A stretch of 64,000 bases of DNA from Dehalococcoidia bacterium (GCA_034432935.1 DAOUBD010000005.1:1054-65053), one strand, 5' to 3'. Shown: positions 1-10,195, counted from the stretch's first letter. Notes: generated from the letters alone by a model not told the origin. Program-made: numbers and translations.

Positions 1-1086
1 AGGTAGTTCTCTTCGTTGGAGGCGAAAGGCGAGCCCAGGAAGGCGATGGCCTGCGGGCCATGGGTCTCGCGGATCCGCGCCAGGCTGCTGACGGTGAACT
101 CCATCGCCTCGTCCCAGGCGGCCGCGTGCTGGCCTCCGTTGCGGCGGATAAGGGGTTGCGCGATCCGCTCGTGCTGCTTCACGGCATCGTAGTGGAAGCG
201 GCCGCGGACGCAGATTTGGTCCCGGCTGACGGGGTTGGCGCCGGTGTCGGGCCGGACGATGACCCCGCGGCCGCCCTTGCTGCCGATATAGATGGAGCAA
301 CCGATGGAGCACTGGGTGCAGGTGGTGGCCGTCCAGCGCTCGGTCTGGGTGGCCGCCCACTTGTTGGGATGCTCCATCAGGGTCGCGGTTGGGCAGACGT
401 CGATGCAGGCCCCGCAGAAGTCGCAGTTGGACTCGGTGATAGGGCCGCCAGTCCCGAACTCGATGCGGGTCCTGGGGCCGCGCCCGGCCAAGGTTATGGC
501 GCCTGTGTGACGGATCTCATCGCAGGCCCGCACGCAGCGCGTGCAGATGATGCACATCTGGGGATCGAACTCCAGATATGGGTTCCCGCGGTCCGCCGGG
601 GGGTGCTCCGTTAGATACCAGGTGCGCTCGTCCCCGTCCCAGGGCTCGAAACCCGCCATCTCCAGCATCTCGCAGGTGGTCTGGAGCTCGCACCTGTAGT
701 TCTTGGAGCAGGTCAGACAGCGGTGGGTGACGGTGGCGTCCCGGAGGCAGGTGTCACCCGGCTTGCACTTGACCACGCGGTGGCAAGTGAGGCAGCGGTC
801 AGAGTGGTAGGACATGATGAGGGAGAGGACGGTCTGCCGGCTGCGCTTCGCCTCTTCGGTGTTCGTGCGCACCACCATTCCGTCGGTCACCTTGGCGGTG
901 CACGATAGCTGGAGGCCGCGCATCCCCTCGATCTCCACCAGGCAGGTGCGGCAGCCGGCGTAAGGGGGGGAGCCATCGATGTAGCAGAGGTTGGAGATGA
1001 AGATGCCGGCGTTCTTTATGACCTCTACCAGGGGCGCTCCCTCGGGCGCCTCTATCTCGCGGCCGTCGATGGTGATCTTGGCCACG
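1..1086 (-). CDS. nuoG: NADH-quinone oxidoreductase subunit G (75 kDa subunit), N-terminal part; gene continues beyond window start
   Basis: Manual minus-strand translation from ~1086 gives VAKITIDGREIEAPEGAPLVEVI...CRTCLVEIEG...CLTCHRVVKC... This is the 2Fe-2S ferredoxin N-terminus plus 4Fe-4S Cys clusters, followed by a molybdopterin-oxidoreductase-like domain. It is not in the ORF track because of a probable GTG start. Confidence 0.8.
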
Positions 1087-1089
1087 GCG

Positions 1090-1590
1090 CTACCGAACCC
1101 TGTCTCTCTCCACCGGCTTGCCGGTGTGGAGGGGCACCTCCTCTGGCCGCGGCGCCTTCTTCCCGTTGGGGTAAGTGTAGTCGTGAGACTCCAGGAACTC
1201 CCGCGCCATGCGGGTCAGGGCGTGCTTGTCGCGGTACAACTGATTGAAGTCGTACGCGGCGTCGTTCAAGGGGCCGCCGGGCTGGATCGCCTCGTAGGGG
1301 CAGGCCTCCGTACATAGCCCGCAGTACATGCACAGCCGGAAATCGATCTCGTAGCGGTCGATGTTGAGGCTGCCATCCTCCCGGGGCGACGTTTCCACCA
1401 GGATGCAGCCGTCCGGGCAGGCCTGGGCGCAGGTGGAACAGCCGGTGCAGCGCTCCTCGAACCAGAGGAGGTTGGTGCGAGCGTTGACGGGGATGGGCCG
1501 CGTCTCTTCTGGGTACTGGAGCGTGAAGGGACGCCGCGCCAGGTAGCGCAGCGTAACCGTCAGACCCTTGGCGATCCCCGTTCCGAACAA
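1090..1590 (-). CDS. nuoI: NADH-quinone oxidoreductase subunit I (2x[4Fe-4S] ferredoxin)
   Basis: ORF 1090..1692 carries two CxxCxxCxxxCP motifs (CTGCSTCAQACP, CMYCGLCTEACP) in a NuoI-like context. The probable true start is a TTG at ~1590 preceded by AAGGA; the longer ORF N-terminus looks spurious. Confidence 0.8.
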   Translation of the reverse strand: MFGTGIAKGLTVTLRYLARRPFTLQYPEETRPIPVNARTNLLWFEERCTGCSTCAQACPDGCILVETSPREDGSLNIDRYEIDFRLCMYCGLCTEACPYEAIQPGGPLNDAAYDFNQLYRDKHALTRMAREFLESHDYTYPNGKKAPRPEEVPLHTGKPVERDRVR

Positions 1591-1686
1591 GGGGCAGTCC
1601 TTTCTTGCTCCAGCGGGCGCCTTCCTGGCCCCCGCATGCCAAATTCTACGCTCCTCGCTTCGTTTATAGCAACGGGTCGTGAAACA

Positions 1687-1722
1687 ATTCACCAGCGATA
1701 ACGCGAAGTACCGCTGGTGAAT
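1687..1722. promoter_or_regulatory. perfect 11-bp inverted repeat ATTCACCAGCG-N14-CGCTGGTGAAT between the sodN stop and the nuoI start
   Basis: Read directly from the sequence. There is no T-tract on either strand, so it reads as an operator or attenuator candidate rather than a classic terminator. Confidence 0.3.
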
Positions 1723-1764
1723 ACGGCGGGCTGTCGTCGGCCCGGGTTGTGGGGAAGGGAGTCT

Positions 1765-2265
1765 TTACGCCGGCACCACGAACTCGCCGCCGGCCGTCTG
1801 GTTGGTGGGCGCCCGCTTGGTGGCCACCCCCTTGGCCTTCCAGAATGCCTCGGCGAACTGATTCACCAGGTCGAGGAGCTTCTGGGCGGCTTCCATGTCG
1901 ATGTTCTGGCGGGCCTTGGAGGCCGTCTTCATGATGTTGTCCACCAGGGCATCCAGGCCTTCGGGGCTGTTCTCGGGCTTGAAGAAATCGCCGCGGATGA
2001 TCCGCACTTCGTGCTTAACCAGCTCGGCGTGGTGCTCCTTGGTGGCGATGTAGCGGGCAAGAGAGTTCATGTACTTGTCCCGCGCTGCCTTGTCCATGGC
2101 GGGCGCCTCCAGCGCCTCGATCAACTGGTTCATTCGCACCACTGTGAGGGCCGCGATCTGGGCCAGATGCGGGTCATAGATTCCGCAGGGGATGTCGCAG
2201 TGGGCGGAAGCCTCCCCCTCCGGAAACACGCGGTTGAGAAGGGCAAAAACCTGGCGAATCAACAT
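1765..2265 (-). CDS. sodN: nickel-containing superoxide dismutase precursor
   Basis: A propeptide (MLIRQVFALLNRVFPEGEASA) is followed by the Ni-hook HCDIPCGIYDP and by KEHHAELVKHEV...DFFKP. This matches the Streptomyces Ni-SOD mature N-terminus HCDLPCGVYDP. Confidence 0.9.
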   Translation of the reverse strand: MLIRQVFALLNRVFPEGEASAHCDIPCGIYDPHLAQIAALTVVRMNQLIEALEAPAMDKAARDKYMNSLARYIATKEHHAELVKHEVRIIRGDFFKPENSPEGLDALVDNIMKTASKARQNIDMEAAQKLLDLVNQFAEAFWKAKGVATKRAPTNQTAGGEFVVPA

Positions 2266-2331
2266 GTCTGAGACCTCCTTTTGAAGGGTTTAGGCTTGGG
2301 GCCGGATTCTCTACCATAGCAGACAGGTGTT

Positions 2332-2775
2332 ATGAGATCAACGAAGCGCCTCGTCCGGGTCCTGCTGCGGGTGGCCCGAGCCTTGCCCGGGGTCTACCAG
2401 ATGCTGGCCTTCGCTTTCGCGCGCCGAGTCACCATCCGGGGGCAGAGCATGACGCCCACCTTGGCCCCGCGGGAGAGGGTCGCCTTCGACCGTCTGGCTT
2501 ACGTGCTGCAACCGCCAGCGCCGGGCGATATCGTCCTGGCACGCCACCCGGCGCGGCCGGGGGTGCTGTTCGTCAAGCGGGTTGCCGCTTTCGCCGGCGC
2601 TGGAACGGAAGGCCGCGGCGGCTACATCCTCCTGGGCGACAACCCAGACTTCAGCACGGACTCCCGGGTCCTGGGGCCGTTCCAGCGAGCCGATATCCTG
2701 GGCCGGGCCTGGTTCGTCTACTGGCCGCCGGAGGGAATGCGGCTGTTGGGCGGTCCGGGGCGGCGGGCAAGCTAG
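2332..2775 (+). CDS. sodX: S26-family signal-peptidase-like Ni-SOD maturation protease
   Basis: Carries the S26 catalytic motifs GQSMTPTL (Ser), KRV (Lys) and [11 protein letters not shown]. It is divergent from and adjacent to sodN, as in the Streptomyces sodN-sodX arrangement. Confidence 0.75.
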   Translation: MRSTKRLVRVLLRVARALPGVYQMLAFAFARRVTIRGQSMTPTLAPRERVAFDRLAYVLQPPAPGDIVLARHPARPGVLFVKRVAAFAGAGTEGRGGYILLGDNPDFSTDSRVLGPFQRADILGRAWFVYWPPEGMRLLGGPGRRAS

Positions 2776-3413
2776 TCGATATCGATGTAAGGCGGGAAGA
2801 GGCGCTCCAGCTCCTCCCGCAGGGGGTCGCCGTCCGGCAAGTACTTGGAGAAGTCGCCGCTGGGCATCTTGCGCTCCCGGTCCCCGGTGAGTTTGGTGCG
2901 CTTGATCTTCTCCTGAAGAAGCATGAGGCCGGTGAGCAAGGACTCCGGCCGCGGCGGGCAGCCGGGGACGTAGACGTCTACGGGGATGATGAGGTTGACC
3001 CCGGGCAGGGTGCTGTAGCCGTAGGCGAAGGGCCCGCCGATGGTGGCGCAAGAGCCCATGGAGATCACGTAGCGAGGTTCCGCCATCTGGAGATAGATGC
3101 GCCTTACCGGCACGGCCATCTTCCAGGTCACGGTGCCCGAGACGATGAGGAGGTCCGACTGGCGAGGCGAGGGCCGGAACACCTCGGCGCCAAAGCGGGC
3201 TATGTCGAAGCGGGGCATCGCCGTGGCGATCATCTCGATGGCGCAGCAGGCGAGGCCGAAGGCCGCTGGCCAGAGGGACGAGCGGCGCGCCCAGTTCACT
3301 ACCGCCTCCACCGATGTGAGGAGGACGTTGCGGCGCAGGGACTCCTCGACGGACTCCGCCTCGGAGATTCGCACCAAGGGCGCTGCGGGGCCGTTTTTAC
3401 GGGTGTCGGTCAT
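2772..3413 (-). CDS. nuoB: NADH-quinone oxidoreductase subunit B (20 kDa, N2 cluster)
   Basis: Contains [19 protein letters not shown] and VPGCPPRPE. It has a C-terminal extension relative to typical NuoB. Confidence 0.9.
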   Translation of the reverse strand: MTDTRKNGPAAPLVRISEAESVEESLRRNVLLTSVEAVVNWARRSSLWPAAFGLACCAIEMIATAMPRFDIARFGAEVFRPSPRQSDLLIVSGTVTWKMAVPVRRIYLQMAEPRYVISMGSCATIGGPFAYGYSTLPGVNLIIPVDVYVPGCPPRPESLLTGLMLLQEKIKRTKLTGDRERKMPSGDFSKYLPDGDPLREELERLFPPYIDID

Positions 3414-3476
3414 CGGCTGCTCCAGTTGCGAATTGTATCACAAGGCCTTCGTCGTGCGGCCAGGGGGGCCGCCGGC

Positions 3477-4691
3477 TCAGGCTGCGTCCGGGCTTCCCCC
3501 CGCGCGGCTGCTCCGGGCCCGCCAGGCGGGGGACAGCGAGCGGATGCGCTCCACGACCTCAGGAAGGGTCGCTAGCACCTCATCTATCTGCTCCACAGTG
3601 TTCTCGCGTCCCACCGTCAGGCGCAGGCTGCCCCGGGCCAGCGCTTCCGGAATGCCCATGGCCGTCAGGACGTGGGACGGCTCCAGGGAGCCAGAGGTGC
3701 AGGCGGAGCCGCTGGAGGCGGCGATGCCCGCCAAATCGAGGGCGATGAGGATGGCTTCCCCCTCTATCAGTTCGAAGCAGAAGGAGGCGTTGTTGGAGGC
3801 CCGGCGGGAAGGGTCCAGAGGGCCCGTAATGTGGGTGAGGGGAATGCGCCGCGGCACCTCTTGGAGGAGCCTATCCCGCAGGGAGCGGTAGTGGGCGTTG
3901 CGGGCCTCGAACTCCTCATATGCCAGGGTCAGCGCCTTGGCCAGCCCGACGGCGCCGGCCACGTTCTCGGTGCCGGCCCGGCGGCCCTTCTCCTGCGAGC
4001 CCCCTAGCTGTTGGGGAAGGAAGGGCGTGCGCGACCGGACGTACAGGACGCCAACCCCCTTCGGTCCGTAGAACTTGTGGGCGGCCAGGCTCAGCATATC
4101 TACCCCGAGCCGCCCCGTGTCGATATCGAGGATCCCGGCGGCCTGAACGGCATCAGTATGGAAGGCGGCTTTGGGGCACCGGGCCTTCACCAGCCGCGCC
4201 GCCTCGGCGATGGGCTCGACGGTGCCCACCTCATTATTGACGTACATGATGCTGACGAGGGCGGTGTCCTCCGTAAGGGCCGCCTCCAGCCCGGCCAGAT
4301 CGATGAAGCCCTCCCTGTCCACCGCCAGATAGGTCACGCGGAAGCCCTCTTGCTCCAGGCGCTCGGCTGCGTGCAAGACGGCGTGGTGCTCTATAGCCGT
4401 GGTGATAATGTGAGTGGCGCCGCGCTGCCGCCGGGCGGCATAGGCGGCGCCGCGGAGGGCCAGGTTGTCGCTCTCAGAGCCGCCGGAGGTGAAGATGATC
4501 TCCTGGGGGCGGCAGCCCAGGACCCTGGCGACATCGCGGCGGGCGTTCTCCAGACCCTTGCGGGCCTCTTGGGCCTCCAGGTAGAGGCTGGACGGGTTTC
4601 CCCAGAGGTCCCGCAGGTAGGGCAGCATGGCATCCAAGACGCGAGGGTCGAGGGGAGTGGTGGCGGCGTGGTCCAAATAGATGCGGGCCAT
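3477..4691 (-). CDS. class I (IscS/NifS-like) cysteine desulfurase
   Basis: Has the PLP-dependent aminotransferase class V fold, SLAAHKFYGPKGVGVLYV and the SSGSACTSGS active-site Cys loop. The start is taken at MARIYLDHAATTP. Confidence 0.8.
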   Translation of the reverse strand: MARIYLDHAATTPLDPRVLDAMLPYLRDLWGNPSSLYLEAQEARKGLENARRDVARVLGCRPQEIIFTSGGSESDNLALRGAAYAARRQRGATHIITTAIEHHAVLHAAERLEQEGFRVTYLAVDREGFIDLAGLEAALTEDTALVSIMYVNNEVGTVEPIAEAARLVKARCPKAAFHTDAVQAAGILDIDTGRLGVDMLSLAAHKFYGPKGVGVLYVRSRTPFLPQQLGGSQEKGRRAGTENVAGAVGLAKALTLAYEEFEARNAHYRSLRDRLLQEVPRRIPLTHITGPLDPSRRASNNASFCFELIEGEAILIALDLAGIAASSGSACTSGSLEPSHVLTAMGIPEALARGSLRLTVGRENTVEQIDEVLATLPEVVERIRSLSPAWRARSSRAGGSPDAA

Positions 4692-4745
4692 GCAAGTCCA
4701 CGCTAGCACCGGCCAGGAAGGGCGTCAACAAGCCGTAAGCGCAGG

Positions 4746-4774
4746 TTGAACCGGCGGCCGGGCTGTGCTACAAT
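4746..4774 (+). promoter_or_regulatory. near-consensus sigma70-type promoter (TTGAAC-17 nt-TACAAT) upstream of sufB
   Basis: Read directly from the sequence. The -10 element lies ~88 nt upstream of the sufB ATG, implying a long leader. Confidence 0.5.
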
Positions 4775-4861
4775 TCAGGCGTACTGGAGATTTAGACAGT
4801 CCAATGTTCGTTTATTGTCCTCGCCAGCCCAGTCGCCGGCGCTCGTAGAGACAGGTACCCC

Positions 4862-6325
4862 ATGCCCAAACAGAAGGTCATCTCCCGGCAGACCGCCGCC
4901 AGCGAACTGGGCGGCGACTATAAGTGGGGCTTCGTCACAGAGATCGAAGAGGACGTGGCCCCCAAGGGGCTGAACGAGGACATCGTCCGCCTCATCTCCC
5001 GCAAGAAGGGCGAGCCGGAGTGGATGACGGAGTGGCGGCTGAAGGCGCTACGCTACTGGATGACGTTGGGGTATGAGGAGCCCCGCTGGGCTAAGGTCTC
5101 CTTCCCCCACATCGACTACCAGGATATCTACTACTACGCCTCCCCCTTCAAGGAGAAGCCTCCCGAGAGCCTGGACGAGGTGGACCCAGAGCTTCTGGCC
5201 GCCTTCAACAAGCTGGGGATCCCCCTGGAGGAGCAGAAGGCCCTGGCCGGAGTAGCGGTGGATGCCGTCTTCGACAGCGTCTCAGTGGCTACCACCCTCC
5301 AGAAGCAGCTCGAGGACCTAGGGATTATCTTCTGCCCCATCAGCGAGGCGATCCAGAAGCATCCGGAGCTGGTGCGGAAGTACATGGGATCCGTCGTCCC
5401 TTACACCGATAACTTCTTCGCCAGCCTGAACTCGGCCGTGTTCAGCGATGGCACCTTCGCCTACATCCCGCCGGGGGTGCGCTGCCCGGTGGAGCTGATG
5501 ACCTACTTCCGGATCAACGTAGAAGGCTCGGGCCAGTTCGAACGGACGCTGATCATCGCCGATAAGGGGTCGTACGTGAGCTACCTGGAGGGTTGCACAG
5601 CCCCCGTGCGCAAGAGCCACCAGCTCCACGCCGCGGTGGTGGAGCTGATCGCTCTGGACAACGCCGAGATCAAGTACTCCACCCTCCAGAACTGGTACCC
5701 GGGCGACAAGGAGGGCAAGGGCGGCGTCTACAACTTCGTCACCAAGCGGGGCAAGTGCGCGGGCGTCAACTCCAAGATCTCCTGGACCCAGGTAGAGACG
5801 GGGTCGGCCATCACCTGGAAGTATCCTTCGTGTATCCTCCAGGGCGATAACTCGGTGGGGGAGTTCTACTCCGTGGCCCTGGTCAACAACTACCAGCAGG
5901 CCGATACCGGCACCAAGATGATCCACATCGGCCGCAACACCCGCAGCACCATCGTGGCCAAGGGCATCTCCGCCGGGCACGGCCAGAACACCTATCGCGG
6001 CCTGGTAAAGATCATGCCCACAGCTATCGGCGCCCGCAACTTCACCCGCTGCGATTCTCTACTCATCGGGGATAAGTGCGGCGCCCATACCGTTCCCTAC
6101 CTCGAGGTCAAGAACCCCACAGCTCGCATCGAACACGAGGCCACCACTTCTCGCATAAGCGACGAGCAGCTCTTCTACTGCATGCAGCGGGGCATCTCAG
6201 AGGAGAACGCCCAGCACATGATCATCAGCGGCTTCTGCCGGGGCGTCTTCCAGGAGCTCCCCTTCGAGTTCGCCATGGAGGCGTCCCAGCTACTGAAGGT
6301 GAGTCTGGAAGGAACCGTAGGTTGA
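4862..6325 (+). CDS. sufB: Fe-S cluster assembly protein SufB
   Basis: 487 aa with a SufB/SufD-family beta-helix core and a conserved C-terminal region. It is followed by sufC. Confidence 0.9.
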   Translation: MPKQKVISRQTAASELGGDYKWGFVTEIEEDVAPKGLNEDIVRLISRKKGEPEWMTEWRLKALRYWMTLGYEEPRWAKVSFPHIDYQDIYYYASPFKEKPPESLDEVDPELLAAFNKLGIPLEEQKALAGVAVDAVFDSVSVATTLQKQLEDLGIIFCPISEAIQKHPELVRKYMGSVVPYTDNFFASLNSAVFSDGTFAYIPPGVRCPVELMTYFRINVEGSGQFERTLIIADKGSYVSYLEGCTAPVRKSHQLHAAVVELIALDNAEIKYSTLQNWYPGDKEGKGGVYNFVTKRGKCAGVNSKISWTQVETGSAITWKYPSCILQGDNSVGEFYSVALVNNYQQADTGTKMIHIGRNTRSTIVAKGISAGHGQNTYRGLVKIMPTAIGARNFTRCDSLLIGDKCGAHTVPYLEVKNPTARIEHEATTSRISDEQLFYCMQRGISEENAQHMIISGFCRGVFQELPFEFAMEASQLLKVSLEGTVG

Positions 6326-6326
6326 T

Positions 6327-7118
6327 ATGACGGCAAAGCGCAACAATCACCGCCCACCCCTGCTAGAGGTCCGGGGGCTGCACGCCGGCGCCGGCGACGT
6401 CGAGATCCTGAAGGGCCTCGACCTGACGGTGGACGTAGGGGAGGTGCACGCCATCATGGGCCCCAACGGCAGCGGCAAGAGCACCTTTGCCAGCGTCCTT
6501 GCCGGCCGGCCCGACTACACCGTGACGGCAGGCAGCGTGCTCTTCGAGGGCAAGGACCTCTTGGCCATGCCGGCCGACCAGCGGGCGCTCGAGGGCATCT
6601 TCCTCGCCTTCCAGTATCCGGTCGAACTGCCGGGCGTCCGCACCCGGGAATTCCTGCGGGCTGCCCTGGACGCCGTGCGCGAGCACCGCGGGCTGCCCAA
6701 GCTTAGCGTCCGGGAGTTCAACAAGCTCTTCGAGGAGAAGGCGCGGCAGGTAGAGCTCGCCGCCGATCTCCTCAAGCGTTCCGTTAACGAAGGCTTCTCC
6801 GGCGGCGAGAAGAAGCGCAACGAGATACTGCAGCTGGCCATGCTGGACCCCAAGCTGGCCGTATTGGACGAGACGGACTCTGGCTTGGACATCGATGCTC
6901 TGAAGGTGGTGGCCGAGGGCGTCAACCGCTTTCGCGGGCCGGACAAGGCGATCCTCTTGGTCACCCACTACCAGCGGATACTGAACTACATCACACCAGA
7001 CTTCGTCCACGTCCTCATCGACGGGCGTATAGTACGCTCGGGAGGCAGCGAGCTGGCCCACGAGCTGGAGGCCCGCGGCTACGACTGGCTGCGCGAGGCT
7101 GCTGGCGCGGGCGTGTGA
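6327..7118 (+). CDS. sufC: Fe-S cluster assembly ATPase SufC
   Basis: Walker A GPNGSGKST, ABC signature FSGGEKKR, ~260 aa. Confidence 0.9.
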   Translation: MTAKRNNHRPPLLEVRGLHAGAGDVEILKGLDLTVDVGEVHAIMGPNGSGKSTFASVLAGRPDYTVTAGSVLFEGKDLLAMPADQRALEGIFLAFQYPVELPGVRTREFLRAALDAVREHRGLPKLSVREFNKLFEEKARQVELAADLLKRSVNEGFSGGEKKRNEILQLAMLDPKLAVLDETDSGLDIDALKVVAEGVNRFRGPDKAILLVTHYQRILNYITPDFVHVLIDGRIVRSGGSELAHELEARGYDWLREAAGAGV

Positions 7119-8458
7119 GAGGCCGGGCCATGACAGAAGCGCCTGCCGCCTACCGCCACTTTCTAGAGGACTACCACCGCTGGGAGGGCGTGGCAGCCCG
7201 CGAGCCGGGCTGGCTCAGGGACCTGCGGCTCAGGGCCATCGAGGCCTTCCAGCGCATCGGATTGCCCACCGCCCGTAAGGGCAACGAGCCCTGGAAGTAC
7301 ACCAACATCGCGCCGATCGCGCGCACCGAGTTCCACCGGGACGGAGCCGCCGCCCTGGATCACCAGCGCCTGCGCCGCGCGGCGCCGTGGGATGAATCCT
7401 GGGCCTCGGCCGTCTTCGTCAACGGCAGGTTGAAAGCGGCGCCGCCAGAGGGGTCTGGCATCCTGGTGGCGGATCTGGGCGGCCTTGGGGAGAGCCATAG
7501 CGCCCTGGCCCAGGCCTATCTTGGCCGATACGCCGCCTTCGAAGAAGATGGCTTCTCGGCGCTAAACACCGCCCTCTTCGCGGGTGGCGCCCTCGTGCAC
7601 GTGCCGGGGGGCCTCGAAGCCCCGGCGCCCCTAAACCTGGTCTTCGCCTCCCAGGACAGCCAAGCCGCCCTCGCCTCCTATCCCCGCACCCTCATCGTCG
7701 CCGGAGAGAACAGCCGGCTGACGCTCATAGAGACCTACGTCGGGCTAGGGCGGGGCGCCCGCTATTTCACGGACTCGGTCACGGAGATCGTTGTAGGCGA
7801 GGGCGCCGAGGTGGAGCACTACCGGGTGCTCCTAGAGAGCGATGCTGCCTACCATGTAGGGGTGACCCGGGTATGGCAGGGCAAAGACAGCAGGTTCTCG
7901 TCCACAGCGTTCCAGAGGGGCGCTGCGCTGGCCCGGAATGACCTCCGGGTGGTGCTGGCGGCCCCGGGCGGCTCCTGCCAGTTGCACGGCCTCTACATCA
8001 CAAAGGGCCGCGAGCACATCGACAACTACATCAACATCGACCACGCCGCGCCCCATACGGCTAGCCGGTTGTACTACAAGGGTATTCTGGACGGAAAATC
8101 CCAGGCCATCTTCGGGGGCATCGTCCTCGTGCGCCCCGGCGCCGTCAAGGTCGACGCTCACCAGGCGGACAAGAACCTGATCCTCTCGCCCGATGCGGAG
8201 GTGGACAGCAAGCCGAGCCTCGAGATCTACGCCGATGATGTGAAGTGCGGACACGGGGCCACGGCGGGCGCCATAGCGGAGGACGCCCTCTTCTACCTGC
8301 GCAGCCGGGGCCTGGATCTGGAGACGGCCAGCGCCCTCCTCATCAAGGGCTTTGCCAGCGAGATCCTGGAGTCCGTGGGGCTGCGCAGCCTGAGGCATGA
8401 TTTGGAACAGCGGGTGAAGAGGGCCCTTAGGGGGGCCACCTTCTGGGAGGCTGCGTGA
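7115..8458 (+). CDS. sufD: Fe-S cluster assembly protein SufD
   Basis: SufB/D-family C-terminal region (KCGHGATAG...LFYLRSRG). The start overlaps the sufC stop. Confidence 0.85.
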   Translation: MRGRAMTEAPAAYRHFLEDYHRWEGVAAREPGWLRDLRLRAIEAFQRIGLPTARKGNEPWKYTNIAPIARTEFHRDGAAALDHQRLRRAAPWDESWASAVFVNGRLKAAPPEGSGILVADLGGLGESHSALAQAYLGRYAAFEEDGFSALNTALFAGGALVHVPGGLEAPAPLNLVFASQDSQAALASYPRTLIVAGENSRLTLIETYVGLGRGARYFTDSVTEIVVGEGAEVEHYRVLLESDAAYHVGVTRVWQGKDSRFSSTAFQRGAALARNDLRVVLAAPGGSCQLHGLYITKGREHIDNYINIDHAAPHTASRLYYKGILDGKSQAIFGGIVLVRPGAVKVDAHQADKNLILSPDAEVDSKPSLEIYADDVKCGHGATAGAIAEDALFYLRSRGLDLETASALLIKGFASEILESVGLRSLRHDLEQRVKRALRGATFWEAA

Positions 8459-9735
8459 TGTCCGCCGTAGAGGCGCGTTCGGCCGGCGGGGCCAGCCGCC
8501 CCCTGGATTCAGCCCGGATCCGGGAGGACTTCCCCATCCTGTCGCGCCTCGTATACGGCCGCCCGCTGGTCTACCTGGACAACGCGGCGACCTCTCAGAA
8601 GCCGCGCCAGGTCATCGATGCCCTGGTCCGCTACTACGAGAGCTATAACGCCAACATTCACCGCGCTGTTCACTGCCTGGGCGAAGAGGCCACCAACGCC
8701 TACGAGGAGACCCGTGCCAAGGTGGCGGCCTTCATCAACGCTCCATCTCCCGAATGCGTCATATTCACCCGGAACACCACGGAGTCCATCAACCTGGTGG
8801 CCTACACCTGGGGGAGGGCCAACCTGCGAGAAGGGGACGAGATCCTCCTTACCCAGATGGAGCACCACTCCAACCTTATCCCCTGGCAGCGGCTGGCGGC
8901 GGAGAAAGGGGCCAGGATCCGCTACATCGGTCTGACGGAGACGCAGACCCTGGCGCTGGACGGCTTGGAGGGCCTGCTGGACGCCCGGACCCGCCTGGTG
9001 GCGTTGCCCCACGTCTCCAACTCCTTGGGTACCATCAACCCGGTAGAGCGGGTCGCTGCCGAAGCGCGGCGCAACGGCTCTGTCATCTTGGTGGATGGCG
9101 CCCAGGCGGCACCCCACTTGCCGGTAGACGTGCAGGCCATCGGTTGCGACTTCTACGCCTTCTCGGCCCATAAGATGCTGGGGCCCACGGGCGTCGGCGT
9201 GCTATACGGCCGCCGGGAGCTGCTGGAGGGGATGGAGCCCTTCCTGGGCGGCGGCGAGATGATCCGCCGCGTAACTTTCGAAGGCGCTACCTGGAACGAT
9301 CTGCCCTGGAAGTTCGAGGCCGGCACTCCCAACATCGGCGACGTCATCGCCTTCGGAGCGGCTATCGACTACCTTGAGGCGTTGGGCATGGAGAACGTGA
9401 GGGCGCATGAGGTGGAACTGACGGAGTACGCCCTCGCCCGCCTGCGCACTCTGGATGACATAACGATATACGGCCCGCCAGACGCCCGCGATAGGGGTGG
9501 CGTCATCTCCTTCAACCTCGGCGATCTGCATCCCCACGACGTGGGAACGGTCCTGGACCGGCACGGCATCGCTATCCGCGCCGGGCACCACTGCACCCAG
9601 CCCCTGATGCGGGCCCTGGGCATCGCCGGGACCGCCCGCGCCAGCTTCTACATATACAACACGCCCGAAGAGGTGGACGTTCTGGTGGACGCCCTGCGCT
9701 CGGCCCGCAAGTTCTTCGCCAATGACGCCCGCTGA
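8455..9735 (+). CDS. sufS: class II cysteine desulfurase SufS
   Basis: Contains SAHKMLGPTGVGVLYG (PLP Lys) and HHCTQP (active Cys). The start overlaps the sufD stop. Confidence 0.85.
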   Translation: MMSAVEARSAGGASRPLDSARIREDFPILSRLVYGRPLVYLDNAATSQKPRQVIDALVRYYESYNANIHRAVHCLGEEATNAYEETRAKVAAFINAPSPECVIFTRNTTESINLVAYTWGRANLREGDEILLTQMEHHSNLIPWQRLAAEKGARIRYIGLTETQTLALDGLEGLLDARTRLVALPHVSNSLGTINPVERVAAEARRNGSVILVDGAQAAPHLPVDVQAIGCDFYAFSAHKMLGPTGVGVLYGRRELLEGMEPFLGGGEMIRRVTFEGATWNDLPWKFEAGTPNIGDVIAFGAAIDYLEALGMENVRAHEVELTEYALARLRTLDDITIYGPPDARDRGGVISFNLGDLHPHDVGTVLDRHGIAIRAGHHCTQPLMRALGIAGTARASFYIYNTPEEVDVLVDALRSARKFFANDAR

Positions 9736-10195
9736 GGATGAATACCGCCGCCAAGAGGTAGAGCTGGACGAGCTCTACCGTGATATCATCCTGGATCACT
9801 ACCGGCACCCGCGCCATCGAGGCCGCCTGCCAGCGCCTACGGTGACTCGGGAGGGCTTTAACCCCCTTTGCGGCGACGAGGTGACCATCGACCTGATGGT
9901 GAAGGGGGGAAAGGTGGTGGATGTGGCCTACAGCGGCTCCGGTTGCTCCATCAGCCAGGCCTCCGCCTCCATGATGGCCGAAGCGGTCCTAGGCAAAGAC
10001 CTGGATGAGGTCTTCCGGATCATCCAGTCCTTCACGGCCATGATGCGGGGTTCCGGCGATGTGGACCCCGAGGAGCTGGGCGACCTCGAGGCGATGGCCG
10101 GCGTCCGCAAGTTTCCGGTGCGCGTCAAGTGCGCCACCCTGGTGTGGCACGTGCTGGACGAGGCGTTGGAGGAGATCGAAGGGAAACCCACCTAG
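9722..10195 (+). CDS. sufU: SufU/IscU-like sulfur acceptor scaffold
   Basis: Has NPLCGD, GSGCSISQASASMM and a C-terminal Cys, matching the SufU type with an insertion after the second Cys. Confidence 0.8.
   Translation: MTPAEDEYRRQEVELDELYRDIILDHYRHPRHRGRLPAPTVTREGFNPLCGDEVTIDLMVKGGKVVDVAYSGSGCSISQASASMMAEAVLGKDLDEVFRIIQSFTAMMRGSGDVDPEELGDLEAMAGVRKFPVRVKCATLVWHVLDEALEEIEGKPT

Noticed and set aside
60-1317. Plus-strand ORFs (60..614, 292..510, 723..908, 991..1317) and many other 60-200-aa ORFs throughout the track
   Set aside because: They lie antisense to or out of frame with strongly supported genes (here nuoG/nuoI). They have Ala/Arg/Gly/Pro-rich low-complexity composition typical of spurious open frames in ~68% GC DNA, and no recognisable motifs.
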